Assembly: GCF_001194135.2 (NCBI RefSeq)
Contig: NC_068997.1
Location: 38,182,178-38,228,570 of the forward strand
DNA from: Octopus bimaculoides
Lineage: Eukaryota
Direction of reading: 5' to 3'
Length of the DNA stretch: 46,393 nucleotides
Shown here: one piece after another, positions 23,540 through 35,500 of the stretch
Layout of the letters: each line of letters starts with the position of its first letter
Position numbering within the stretch: the stretch's first letter is position 1
Notes under the pieces: generated by a model
The model's database searches: none
Seen by the model: the letters and a program-made list of their open reading frames with translations, nothing else
What the model was told of the DNA's origin: nothing
Program-made: the position numbers and the translations under genes

Positions 23540-24437
23540 ACTGCAGACGCTTTAATTCGTAGTAATAGCTGTGTGAACCATGTTGCAATATGTATGTATA
23601 CAAAGTACATTCCAGGAGTTTTCAGACTTTTCAGGACACGTTTATCAATTTCAAATAAGTAAAAAATTGTAACCTTCTTCAAATTCACCTGTTGTATGGT
23701 CCCAGCCATTTCGTGTGGGCCTCATGGAAGTCCTCTAAAGTGAAGATGTTTCAGACTCTTTTCACAGGCTTTTTCATTTTTGAAACGATGCTCCTGAGAT
23801 TCTCCTTCAGATTAAGGTACAACCAAACACCACAAGGAAGAACAGTTTTTATTCTCATCTTTGTTCCCAGGTTGTTCATTACTGAGTACTCTGGAAACAA
23901 ACTTTACAAAAATGTTGCTCTTGTTCAGATCTTCGTGAATAATTCTGTGTGCAGTTGCCACACCAACTCCAAATTGCGGGATTATTGTCTTTATCGACAC
24001 ACAAAGGTCTTCATCCAGAAAATTGTATATTTTCTCACCTTACTTTGATGTTCTGATGTTCCCCCCGCCCACACACACATCTCACATCGTTTATCACCTC
24101 CTCTCTACCATCCTTGAATCACTTGTGCCAGCGAAAACGCTAATCCATAAGCAGACTAAAGCATTTCATAAGTTCATGTAGCGTTTTGACCAGTTTAACA
24201 CAAAACTTCATAGCATAGCGAACTTCCAAACATCCTGACTGCATACTGCAAACTAGTCAGCTGTGACAAGCAGTTGGATGAGTTCAAAGTGCTGCTACAG
24301 CTGTCATTCCGGAATAACAAAAGTTGGCAGGTCAGCTTATTAAATTACAGTAATGATATAGTAAAATTACAATAATCTAGGACAGTTATAACTGGCTCTC
24401 CTGAAAAAAGTCTCAAAACTTTTCGAATGGACCTTCG
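23540..24437 (-). mobile_element. Decayed mariner-type transposon (5' half)
   Basis: GVATAHRIIHEDLNKSNIFVKFVSRVLSNEQ (HTH region, V.KxVPRxL motif), then IFYLFEIDKR. A TIR-like GAAGGTCCATTCGAAAAGTT lies on the minus strand at ~24418-24437. Confidence 0.65.
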
Positions 24438-24537
24438 GTGTTTTCAAACTGATCACTAATAAGAGTAACAAAGCATCGTTATTTGGGTCGAAATAGATAT
24501 AAGGACATGTGAAGATTCGAGATTCGAGCACAAATTA

Positions 24538-24648
<111 letters not shown>

Positions 24649-25429
24649 GACGTGCTTTTGTATATATGAATTTGTGTACGTATTTCCGTGCAGGACCATG
24701 AGCAGACAAGTCATGTCTATCTGTCTGTTTAGTACAGAAGAGTATATTTTCGTTTTATGTATAAATGCATGTATATATTTATCTATACTTTATTTATGCA
24801 TATACACACCGTGTACACAGATGTGTTTATATCTTTATGATCATTGAATCTAACTATGTCAAATCTTCCCTCTACCACTAATTGATTGAATTTGAAGGAC
24901 TTGAGTCAGCTTGCTTTGGTCTTTATTGGAAAATACCAGCATTTCCAAGCATTTTAATGAAAATCTATTGTTGAATAGCTTTTGTACCGAATATAATAGG
25001 TAAGAATAAGAATCGATAATCAAGCCACAAGAGCTAGTATGCAAGTTAATACCTTGCATTCATTTTGGGGCAGCTTCTAATGAAGTGGTTGTTGTATTCC
25101 ACACAGACACTCATTATTTTCTCTCGCAACGAAACGCTTTTATCTCTTTGATATTTAATAGTTAGGTGGTATTCCTGAAAATAGAAAGGAATACCTTTTT
25201 ATTTGAACATTTTCTGGAACTTTAGGCGAGATATACATATTTACTGCGTTCCTGCCTTTTACACCAGTAGTTTACTTTTGCTCCTAGTCACAAAGAACAA
25301 TGTAAAGTATGCTGTTCTTATTGGAATGTTCTACAAATATCTTATTCTCAATGTCTGGATACATTCTGGTTTTGGCGTGCCTGTCATGTGTATTCCACTA
25401 TCTGCAGTATCGTCTCTACAGATAGAATT

Positions 25430-27480
25430 GCTTGGGTAACAGTTTTATGGGTAAGTATTGCCTTTCTGATATTTTAAGGCAGTTAGAATGATGTTGGTGA
25501 TATCTTCCAACATAATTTGGCATACTCGGTTTTTTCTATTCAGGATTAACAACATATTTTTACTGGCCAATGAAAGTATTGACAAGAGTTCGAAAAACGG
25601 TGTGGGGGGGATCTCAGGCTGCTCTCGATGCCTTGGACATATATCAGCAATCAGTGTCATCATTGGAGAAGCAATGAGAAATAACACACGCTTTCAGCCG
25701 TGTGCTTAGATCACCCTAAATACTACATAAGTGTTCCCCACCAGCTGATCCAAAGTGAACAGGAGTCCTACCAAATAGTAACAGTAGTACTTGAACTCAT
25801 AATGTCCCACATCGATGTGCTAATCATGAGACTGACCGTGTACGCGTAGGTGCACAATATCTGTAGTCCTATTCGTGGCGGCCAAGAGCCTACTGTTAGA
25901 AATAAGACGAAAACTATCAACAGGATCTGAAAATGGTAATAAAATAAGGCCATCAATCAGCAGGGCTTTCATGAATATCATAACGGTCGCGACACCAACA
26001 TTTCGAGGGACACGGCAGAAACTGAACTTACTGGAAAAGATGACCACATGATCGTACGTGAATTCCAATTCAGAAACACTTCGGAGCATGAGTATCCTCA
26101 AATGAATGCTGATAAATAGTATCTTCAGCACTCGAATTCAAGAAAAAGATTGTTCGATGTTTTTGGAAGTACTTTTCAGGACAAGGGCAATATCAAATTA
26201 CGCCAAAACCCAACTTAGCAACTGACTATTAGCAGTTCACAAAAGCCAGCAAAGTGGAAGATTAAAAGTATGGTGCTTCCTGTATGGCATCATACTCAGA
26301 TGATTGCAGCAGCCATTCTTGACTTATGACTTTGCCATGGCTCAGGTGCTGGTAATGGAAAGGTTTACATGGTGGCCTCGTGCGGAAGGTGGCTGGTGGT
26401 TTTCCAATATTCAAGTCAATCAACGTATACGGCAAGACCTCTCAGTTCCGCTTATTAATTTCGTCAGTAATAGAAGAATTCCAAACTACCAAGGTACAGT
26501 TAGCACATTGCTTCTCTCCGAGAATGAATCAGACATGCCAACAAAACCGTAAAGATGAAAGCTCCAGGAAGTTGTGAAAGAAGCGGAGATACGAACTGGA
26601 AACAATAGATCGTTGGAGTAGTCTTTCAAGGGCGACTATAACTTGACAACAACAGGGGGCCAAAGAGGGGAAAATATCAATGCTAAAGGCAAGTGGGAGT
26701 TCATAATGTAAAGTATCCGCTATTTTACTGAGGAAGATCACCGTGTAAAGACCGTAAGACTTCTCTAAATAGATACAGTAATACCAGGCACTCGAGCGTC
26801 CTCTATTCTAAAGGGAACTCTGGAGTACTAACCAGAGAAAATTGTTCTTGATCTTGTGTGCCACCATTGTCATCTTGCCAATACCCAATACACTTAAGAT
26901 ATGAGACAAAAAAAAGGCCAATCCTGTAAACAGTGTGAACCAGCTCATTATTCCTTGAACTACATTTTAACCTGATTCCCTAGGGCAATGAGATAAGTGT
27001 CATGTGGACAAACCTACAGAGGGTTAAACCCAACAAACCAAACCATCACAAGACTACTAAAATGAAAGCAACAGTAGAGGTTTTCTACTTTGCATCCAAC
27101 CCAAGACTGAGAGATTAAAATAGATTTAAAGACAAGACTAGTCTTCCCAGAAGAGGTGACGGTAGCATCGCTCAGACCAAAAACGTTCCTTCTATCCAGG
27201 AGTACAAAAACTATCATTGTAGCTGAACTTACAGTGTCCTGGGAAGACAGACTTGACATCTATCACAAGCTTAAGAAAAGCAAATATTAAAAGTTGATCG
27301 ACGAGATGCTTATCAAGAGATGGAACCCTGAGATAGGCATAGCAGCTGAAACTAGCTAAAAATTGCTGTTATTGACAAGAGACCGCAGGTGGAAACATTA
27401 TGCAAGCGAAGACTAATTCAGCCCATGCTGTCACACTCAAGCGAAGTGTACAGGGTGAGGTATGAAGCTACTAACAGATA
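25430..27480 (+). mobile_element. Decayed RLE-type non-LTR retrotransposon (HERO/NeSL-like): RT, CCHC and endonuclease
   Basis: NESIDKSSKNGVGGISGCSRCLGH, SVPHQLIQ, RAFMNDITV (degenerate FMDD), SINVYGKTSQ...SSVIEEFQTTK, CKQC...SLNYIL, and LVFPEEVTVASLRPK...IIVAELTVSWEDRL...KLKKAKY (RLE); many stops and frameshifts. Confidence 0.8.
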
Positions 27481-27962
27481 ATTCGGAAGAGTTTCCGACC
27501 TTTCGATAGATTTAGAAGAGCTTGAAATACATTTGCGTAGTTCCTGCAGATTCTGCGCGAGCTGAATCATCTCCGATATTTATTTCACCTTTCACAAGGT
27601 GATGATCGGAAGCATCCTTATCTGTTTTGTTAGTCAAATATTTAGTATTAATCATCTCCCACTGAATAACGAAGCTGCGTCTTTTCCTAGCAGGTCCGGG
27701 AAACGCTACACTTACTATATCTACGCATGTATCACTTTCTGTTGACATAATGTGTATTTCTAACGCTAGCTTTGTTCAAGTAGAAGAGTCCAGCTTATGT
27801 TAACTCATTTGAAATTGTTCTGCTCTCAGAGGTACACTTTAATTGATCTTCTGCCATTAGTTATACCTAAGTCTAAAGTAGATCCTATCAGTATCGCAGA
27901 TTATGTGGAGTGGTGATTAATATCTTTCTAGTCCTTATATGACTGTCATATGTCTCCGCAAG

Positions 27963-27964
<2 letters not shown>

Positions 27965-28032
<68 letters not shown>
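27965..28032. repeat. (TG)n microsatellite
   Basis: Seen directly. Confidence 0.95.
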
Positions 28033-28037
<5 letters not shown>

Positions 28038-28718
28038 CGTTACCGGTCCCATATACACAGTGTATGTGTTTGTTCATACGCATAAACGATACTAAGTGTT
28101 AAAGAACATTTGAATGTCACTGACCTAGCGAGAGAACTCGCCTCGAAATCACCGTGAATGGTATATACTTATATTTCGCTATTAATGTGACTTGTCAATA
28201 CCATATACCCCGGTCATCTCGAAACGAATTCAATCGCTGGTCTATGACTTATATGCAAATAGAGTATAATCTATTTGCTGATATGCTGCGGCGTAGAACA
28301 TGCGAAAGAAAATTAAGTTACAAATTAAACACAGTTCTAGTAATGTAAACATTATCAGTTGCATATACATAGTATATGTGTCTTGTTTTTACGCCAAATT
28401 TGCATATATATATATATATGCGAGTAAAAATAAATACAAAAAAGGTGGGTTTTTTTTGTATGATTGTGTATAGAGGAATATATTATTTTGTTTAAAAGAG
28501 TTCCAACACTGTCTGTTTTTTTATGTTTTATTTATATTCCTGCAGAACCAATGTGGGGTATAGAATATGGAATATACAATATATAATATAATATACAATA
28601 TATAATATAAAATAAAATAAAATAAAAATGGATGGCACCATGAAATAAAGTATTGAATGTAGATGAAATATTGAGTGTTCAATATAAAGGATCAAATATA
28701 TAAATATAAATATATAAA

Positions 28719-28758
28719 GGCGACTCGAGTTTCAGGGCTATTTCCCTTCGTCATGGCC
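28719..28758 (-). ncRNA. Minimal type I hammerhead-ribozyme-like motif (one extra A in the core)
   Basis: Minus strand: GGC C[A]TGACGA AGGG-AAATAG-CCCT GAAA C-TCGA-G TC GCC, giving stem I GGC/GCC, stem II AGGG/CCCT, palindromic stem III and a GUC cleavage triplet. Confidence 0.65.
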
Positions 28759-28962
28759 GGTATGACATGCGTACGTAAGTATGTATGTATAATGTATATT
28801 TCTATGTGAGCGTAAACGTATGCATGTACGTCTATGTATATTTATACGTATGTATGTATGCCATACAGTAATTTATAATAGTTATAATAACAAATAACGA
28901 ATAACTTTTTTATTATAGGCGTGCAAATTGCAGAAAGCTGAACTACACGTTTTCATTTACAC

Positions 28963-29187
28963 CAGTGGTTCTTAACCGGGGTCTATATGACCCTTGGGGG
29001 GGTCCACACAAGATTTTGTTGCTAAAATCAATAAATTTGTTATACTTCTACAATACACAAATTTAAACAAATTTCATACAATTTCAATAATAATATTTAA
29101 TGCTAAAAATATAATAAGATTGTTTAAACATTGAATGGCTATGGGGGTCGATTCGAGTAGAATCAATGAGTACATTGAGAACCACTG
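28963..29187. mobile_element. 225-bp hAT (Charlie-like) MITE
   Basis: TIRs CAGTGGTTCTTAA / TTGAGAACCACTG; 8-bp TSD ATTTACAC (28955-28962) / ATCTACAC (29188-29195) with one mismatch. Confidence 0.85.
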
Positions 29188-30934
29188 ATCTACACAGTCA
29201 ATAGCAACATCAAACATGCATAAGAGGTACATGCTTTCATTCTTTTGTGTAACAGTTTGCGTGTAATTCAGCCATTTGATCCAAAATTACGTCAATTATA
29301 TTTAGAATTTTCTGGACTTCTCTGGCGATACAATTATCTGAACTTCTCTGAAGTATAAGTCACTGATCACAAATTTGTGCAAGAGCAAAGTTTCATTTTA
29401 CCTGAAGAATTTTATTACAGTATTCAGTATACTGAACAACCGTTCTTTTACAACAAAGGAAGATGCTATGCTGCTTGCTGAATTTATATTGCTGTTAGCT
29501 TTTGCTATATGTCAGTTTTGCATACACTGCATCTCAATTATATAACTTGTTTTATTTTCAATAGTCTTCAGAATGATGAGTGTTACAGATGGGTTTGCGG
29601 ATTCTTTAACCATGATCCATGTTGATATTTTCATAAGAATAATTGCTGCTATTGATGTTGCTGTGAGACACATTAGTCCTGATCAAGCAGCCTCACCACC
29701 AAAGACGTTTCAGGCATAACAATCCTGTTTTTTTTTAGACATGATACATTAAGAAGAACGGTAACTAATCTATTATTATTTTTTTAAATATCAAGTCATT
29801 ATTTAAGGGGGAAATGGTTGCTATTTTAACAGGTTTAGCTCTCTTACTTGCTTTTAAAAGATATATTTTGAAAAATGTTGCTCACTCCAAACGCTTCCAT
29901 CAATTGCATCAGAATATACGTACAATAACAATAACAGTGTTTCCATAATTTTAGAGCCATATCACTACTCACTCATCCTACACTTCAATGGTTCTAATTA
30001 AAATTGGGTAATTTTTTCGGATTTATTTCTCTATATTCCGGGATAATGTCTGTAAGTAGGTGACAATTGTTCTGCTAGCTCAGTCGTATTTTAATTGCGA
30101 TTCTTGTTACATCAAATGAAATATGCTTTTTATATGCATTTCTATAAAAATCAGGTTTTATTTTCCAACAATTAATTCCCTTTATTTTTTTACGTTTTGT
30201 AAAAGCTTAACATAAAAAAGTGACTCAATAGCATAGATTATTACAACACTTGTGTTTCTAGATTCAAAAATAAACTGCGATCATTGATTTTATTGAGCAA
30301 GGATAATATGAAAATTAAACTCATATAACAATAAACTTTTGCCCAGATGTACGTTTAATAGATACAGTGAACAAAGAAATGCTAGAAAATGTTAAAATAA
30401 ACAATAACACATTTCACATTATTGTAGCAACTCGGACAAAATGTGAAGAATAAATTAGTTATATATTTTGTGTATAATCTTCACAAGCATTCAAGAATTT
30501 ACTAAAGATAAGGTTGTTATACTTTCTAGAAGGTTTATGAAAGTAGTCTATTTTGAAATACCTAGGAAATAAGATGCATTAAATAGGATTTCATTTGCAT
30601 AAATAAAAATTACCTTAACTTTAATTTTATGACATCAGAAATGAATATTTATAAATGAAGATAGTTAATTTTTTTTTATGATAGATTATAACATTTAAAT
30701 AAATAAAACCTGGATTTATTTCAATGTGAAACTGCCTGGCAGACACTGAAAATGTGAATAAATACCAGTGGATGCCAATTGTAACTTAAAAAACGAGTTC
30801 AAGGTTTAAAAAAAGGACATAACGTAGCGCGTTTCAAAATTACTTTAGGAAAACAAATTCTAATAAGAATATGAATACAGATGTTGTTTCATAAATGTAA
30901 GCGTATTCTAAAAGAAAACTGACTAGTACACAAG

Positions 30935-31180
30935 TGGATAGTAGTGACATTAACTAAACATAAAAACAGCAGGTGTATGCTGGTGACATTAAATGGTTAT
31001 ACTAGAAGACATTAACTGAGCATTCAACAAGTAAATGATGGCGATTATTAACTGTCCATTAAACTAGCGGCGAAGGGTGACAAATAACCGACCAGTAAAT
31101 TTGGGGATAGTGGAGCTGGTGATACTAACAGTTAGTTAAACTAGTGAGGAATAGAGATGTAAACTGACCCTTAAACTTGT
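30935..31180. repeat. Degenerate minisatellite, ~7 units of 25-42 bp
   Basis: Core GGTGACATTAACTGnCCATTAAACTAG recurs near 30943, 30982, 31007, 31040, 31076, 31118 and 31154. Confidence 0.6.
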
Positions 31181-31908
31181 CTGTTACTAGCTTGTTACAT
31201 AACTAGGAATCAAGCTACAATTCTTGTTGAAAGGTTTCAATAATTTTAAACTAATCGTTGTATAATGACAACATTTACAACCCATTTAGTTCCTGAAAGA
31301 ATTGAAAGAATAATTTTACTGTTATTTGATGTCAGTAAAAGAAATCTATTGATTACTGCATAACAAAGCTTTGATGTTTCTTTTGCATTAAAAAACACTT
31401 TCACTTTAAAAGACGCTAAAATCTGTACTCGATGCAATGAAAGAATTGCTTTTATTTGAATCCCTGGTAATCATAAAAGCTTGAAAGAAATTTTCAAAAT
31501 GAAATAAAACAATGCGGAATAAAATATTGAACAACATTTTTGATCACAGAAGTGTGACAATAAAGTATAGAGCTTATTTATTCCAAGCTACTTAATAGAA
31601 AGGAAATATTGCGGTGGCGAAGGTAGTGTTGCTGAAGTGCACGATCTAATTTCGTAAACGGTCAATCGTATGAAAATTTTGTCAAGAAACGAATGTAGAG
31701 TTATTTCATGAAATGAAGATAATCAATATAAATATAAAATAAAATTAATTACCCTATTCAGTAGAATACTTTAGAAGGCTAATATAGATTTCAAATTGAC
31801 AGTGACACAAAGTTGGCAGAAACATCTGAGGGTCGCTTTTTCATTATTTGGTTTCAACACTCTAGACCTGATCAAAACCTATTTGGTTGATTTTTTTTTT
31901 CTCATCTT

Positions 31909-33020
31909 GGATCTTTTTCCTTTGAACGGCACATCGAGAAATTGTAACTAAACGCTTTCAAACTTCGGACACTGGTAGAATGTGTCATATAAAACATATT
32001 TTACTCTAGTGTTGAGAAAAGTGCCTATTTTCAAAGTTATTTCGTGTTAAAGTTGTCGTATTTCGGTAATTTCAACCAATCAATGACGTGTATTCAGTTG
32101 AATTAAATTACTGCTGTTGTTTGTCAACAACAAGTTCCCGCGGTGTATATTTCGTTTATTACTGTTATTTATGACATATTTAATCTCAGTTAAGTTTGTA
32201 TGAATAAACGAGTTTATCTGAAGCATGGCACCGCCACAATCGTTCGTGCATTTCTACTGCTTTTAGTTTTTTCCTGTTTTTCAGCTACTATTTTCGGAAA
32301 GACATTTCCCCCCTCCTCCTCCTCCAATTTCTTCATCTTTCACATTTTTCCGTAACTCTAACCCTAAAATCCCAACCCTAACACTAAAACTCCAACCCTA
32401 ACCATAACCCTAAATTCTTAACCCTAATCCTAACCCTAAAACCCCAACCCTAACCTTAACCCTAAAACCCTAACCTTAGCCCTAACTTTAAAACCCTAAC
32501 CCTAAAACCCTGACCCTAACTCTAAAACCCTATCCCTAAGCCTAAAACCCTAACCCGGACCCTAAAAACATAACCCTAACTCTAAAACCCGAACCCTAAC
32601 CCTAAAATTCTAATCCTAACTCTAAAACCCTATCCCTAACCCTGACCCTAAAACTCTAACCCTAATCCTAACTCTAAAACCCGAACTATAACCCTAACCA
32701 TAAAGCCCTAAAGCTAAAACCAGTACAAACGCACAAACGATGTCATAAATAACAGTGACAAACGAAATATACACCGCTGATAGTTGTTGTTGACAAACAA
32801 CGGCAGTAATTTTATTCAGCTGAATACACGTCATTGATTAGTTGAAATTACCGAAATACGACAACTTTAACATGAAATAACGTTGAAAATAGACAATTTT
32901 CTTAAAAACGCCAAGAATAAAAGATGTTTTATATGACACATTCTAGCAGTGTCTGCAGTTTGAAAGTGTTTAGTTACAAAAAATTAATTTCTCGATGTGC
33001 CGTTCAAAGGGAAAAGATCC
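31909..33020. mobile_element. 1112-bp non-autonomous DNA transposon with ~270-bp TIRs and 8-bp TSD (Merlin-like by its ends), carrying an internal telomere-like array
   Basis: Left arm 31909-32177 is the reverse complement of right arm 32740-33020. Termini are GGATCTTTTTCC / GGGAAAAGATCC, with identical CTCATCTT at 31901-31908 and 33021-33028. Confidence 0.9.
32353..32721. repeat. Higher-order telomere-like array: 16 units of (TAACCC-like)1-3 plus a TAAAACCC-like octamer
   Basis: Parsed by hand. Unit lengths in order: 20,20,26,26,26,26,14,20,20,20,20,20,20,26,26,26, then a partial unit. Confidence 0.9.
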
Positions 33021-35282
33021 CTCATCTTTAGTTAAAGAATAATTTGAGTAATATACGAAATTCATCTGGAGTCCAAATGATAGGCAGCATATCTTCCTTA
33101 CACAGTTGACTATGGATATAAGAAAGAATCAAAATTCTGAAGTAAAATATAGGAAGGTAGATAATGGAGACACTAAGGTGCGGTTCATAACGATCCACTG
33201 TTTCAATTGCATCCCTTTATTCTGTGAGTTTAACTCCAATTTCAAATCGATAAAATACTTACGAATCAAGTACTGGGAGGGGAATACTTAAAAAGCAGTA
33301 TGCTGCATCAGGCCATCCCCCCAAATATTGAATTTTTGTGTCAGGACTATAAATCAATATTCTGAATTTTAAAACTATCCAGTACCGTTTCGTTCATATG
33401 ACAAACTCCATTTTATAAATTGGACCTTGTAGTGTAGACAATTTTATATTTAGAACTCAAATAAATTAATGAAATTAGCTCTTATCAGTCACAGACTAGC
33501 ATTTTATTTCTGATTTGTTGTGCTTGACACCTGCTTAGAAAAGAATAATTGTTGGGATATGCAATATTTTGCTTGGCATTATGATGTCATTGAATATTTA
33601 CATAATTTAACATGAATTATCGTTATACATAAATCCACATTTGATATTTACTGCATTCGTTGTGTATCTAGAATAGTCTTTTAATCTAAGTGGCAAAACT
33701 TGCTATAATTTTATAGTAATAATTTTATTTATTCAACACGCAGCTAGATATTTGCGGTAAACGGTAATCAAATAAGGTACCAAAAAGTCATTTAAATCAG
33801 AATGAAAGTATACATATACATGTCCGTGTGTAATTAGGCTACGTATATACATATTCACCATTTTAACATATAGTATCATATACTAATTTGATGTTTGTTC
33901 TTGAATAATAGCCGAAAGAGCGCATCCCGGGTGGTTTTCTGTTTGTCATAATATGATGTTTACACATTTAATTCCCAATTTGTGTCATTTTTCTGTTGTG
34001 TTACATTTTGTATCCTTTATTTATCTAATAGTAATCACTCAGTAAATATTTCTTTTATTATTTTATCGGACTCTTAATCTCTCTCTGTCTATTTTAAATA
34101 AACTTAAAGGTAGTTTATCCTCTACCTACGTGATCGTTTAGTATATATTGTATAATGTATATTTCGATTTCTAGTTTGTTATTTGTATTTAAAAAATGCT
34201 TTATTTTTTTAAATTGTAGGTTTAGAATCTGATGCCCAAAGAGAGTTTTTTTTTTTTTAAGGCATAATAAATATGTTAGAGGAGGTGCTGGGGGGAAAAT
34301 CATATTGAAAACTTTACTCTTGGCTCTAATACGTGATCGTACAACATTTTCCCCTTCGGCATACATATTTGTGCATTTTCGTATTACTGACATATATAAA
34401 CATATATCTAAAGATGTAGAGAGATGGAACATGATATTTTTTATTCTCGTTCATGGTATGCACTATGATAACACGAACAGTGGGGGTTTCAGCGGCGTAA
34501 TTAACAATCGGAAATATAGATCGAAACAGAGAGGAGGCGGTAAAACATTAAAAATGCCATCTTGCACTTTAAGATTTTAAGATACGCTTGCTGTGAAATA
34601 AAATTAATCGTTTAGCTAAAAAAATGTTTTTTAAGCATTTTGATAATATATATTACAAGTGGAACTTTTAAGAATTTTCTAGATAGTGCAGATTTTAATA
34701 ATTGCTTTCTTTTAATAAACGCTAAATAATTCCAACTCATTAATAAGCAGCTTTCTTTATTATAGCATAGACAGCGTTCTTTTCTGGAAAAACATGTCTT
34801 AATCGGCAGAAAATATTTGATTAACTTATACAATATAAAAAATGAGCGAATCACCAGTGTTTAAAAATGCCGTGCGCCAATGAGACGAGTGTTGAACACA
34901 CTGTTGTCTAAAAGGAAGATATCATTATTCTAAGACATACACTACAACGTCCAGCCTATTTTGCGCCCGAACCTGCGTAGATATGTTAAAAAGAAATATG
35001 CAAATATTCATTGCTGATTTCACTGTTGATGGTGCAAAGAGCGATTTTTATCGGTTGTTAGAAATAAGCACCGATCAACAAACAATTCTTTTGCGGAAAG
35101 CATAAACACAGTCAGTAGATTTGGCTAGTTTCTAAGTTCCGGCTACATCCGGCAAATGAGACGCAATATGTCGAGACACCGGCGTCCTAGAATGACGCGT
35201 GCTGAGACGTGCTAGTTGAACATTTCGTTGTCTAAAAAAAGTTATTTTCCTGAAACATACACTGCAGAGCCTAGCATATATT

Positions 35283-35500
35283 CTTTTCTACTCTAGGCAC
35301 AAGGCACAAAAGTTTGGGGGAGGGGGCTAGTTAATTAGATTGACTCCAGTACGCAACTGGTATTTAATTTATCGACCCCGAAAGGATGAAAGGCAAAGTC
35401 AACCTCGGCGGAATTTGAACTCAGAACGTAAAGACAGACGAAATACCGCTACGCATTTCACTCGGCGTGCTAACGTTTCTGCCAGCTCGCCGCCTTTAGT
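35283..35500 (-). mobile_element. Young full-length family-1 SINE with 14-bp TSD
   Basis: Complete head-to-tail copy; GCCTAGCATATATT at 35269-35282 and 35501-35514. Confidence 0.92.

Noticed and set aside
29567-29760. Plus-strand segment bounded by acceptor-like and donor-like motifs
   Set aside because: All three frames close or give no recognisable protein; such motifs are common by chance in AT-rich DNA.
32353-32721. True telomere, chromosome-fusion scar or CRISPR array
   Set aside because: The array is internal to a TIR element with a TSD, is single-orientation, is punctuated by octamers, and has no unique spacers or cas genes.
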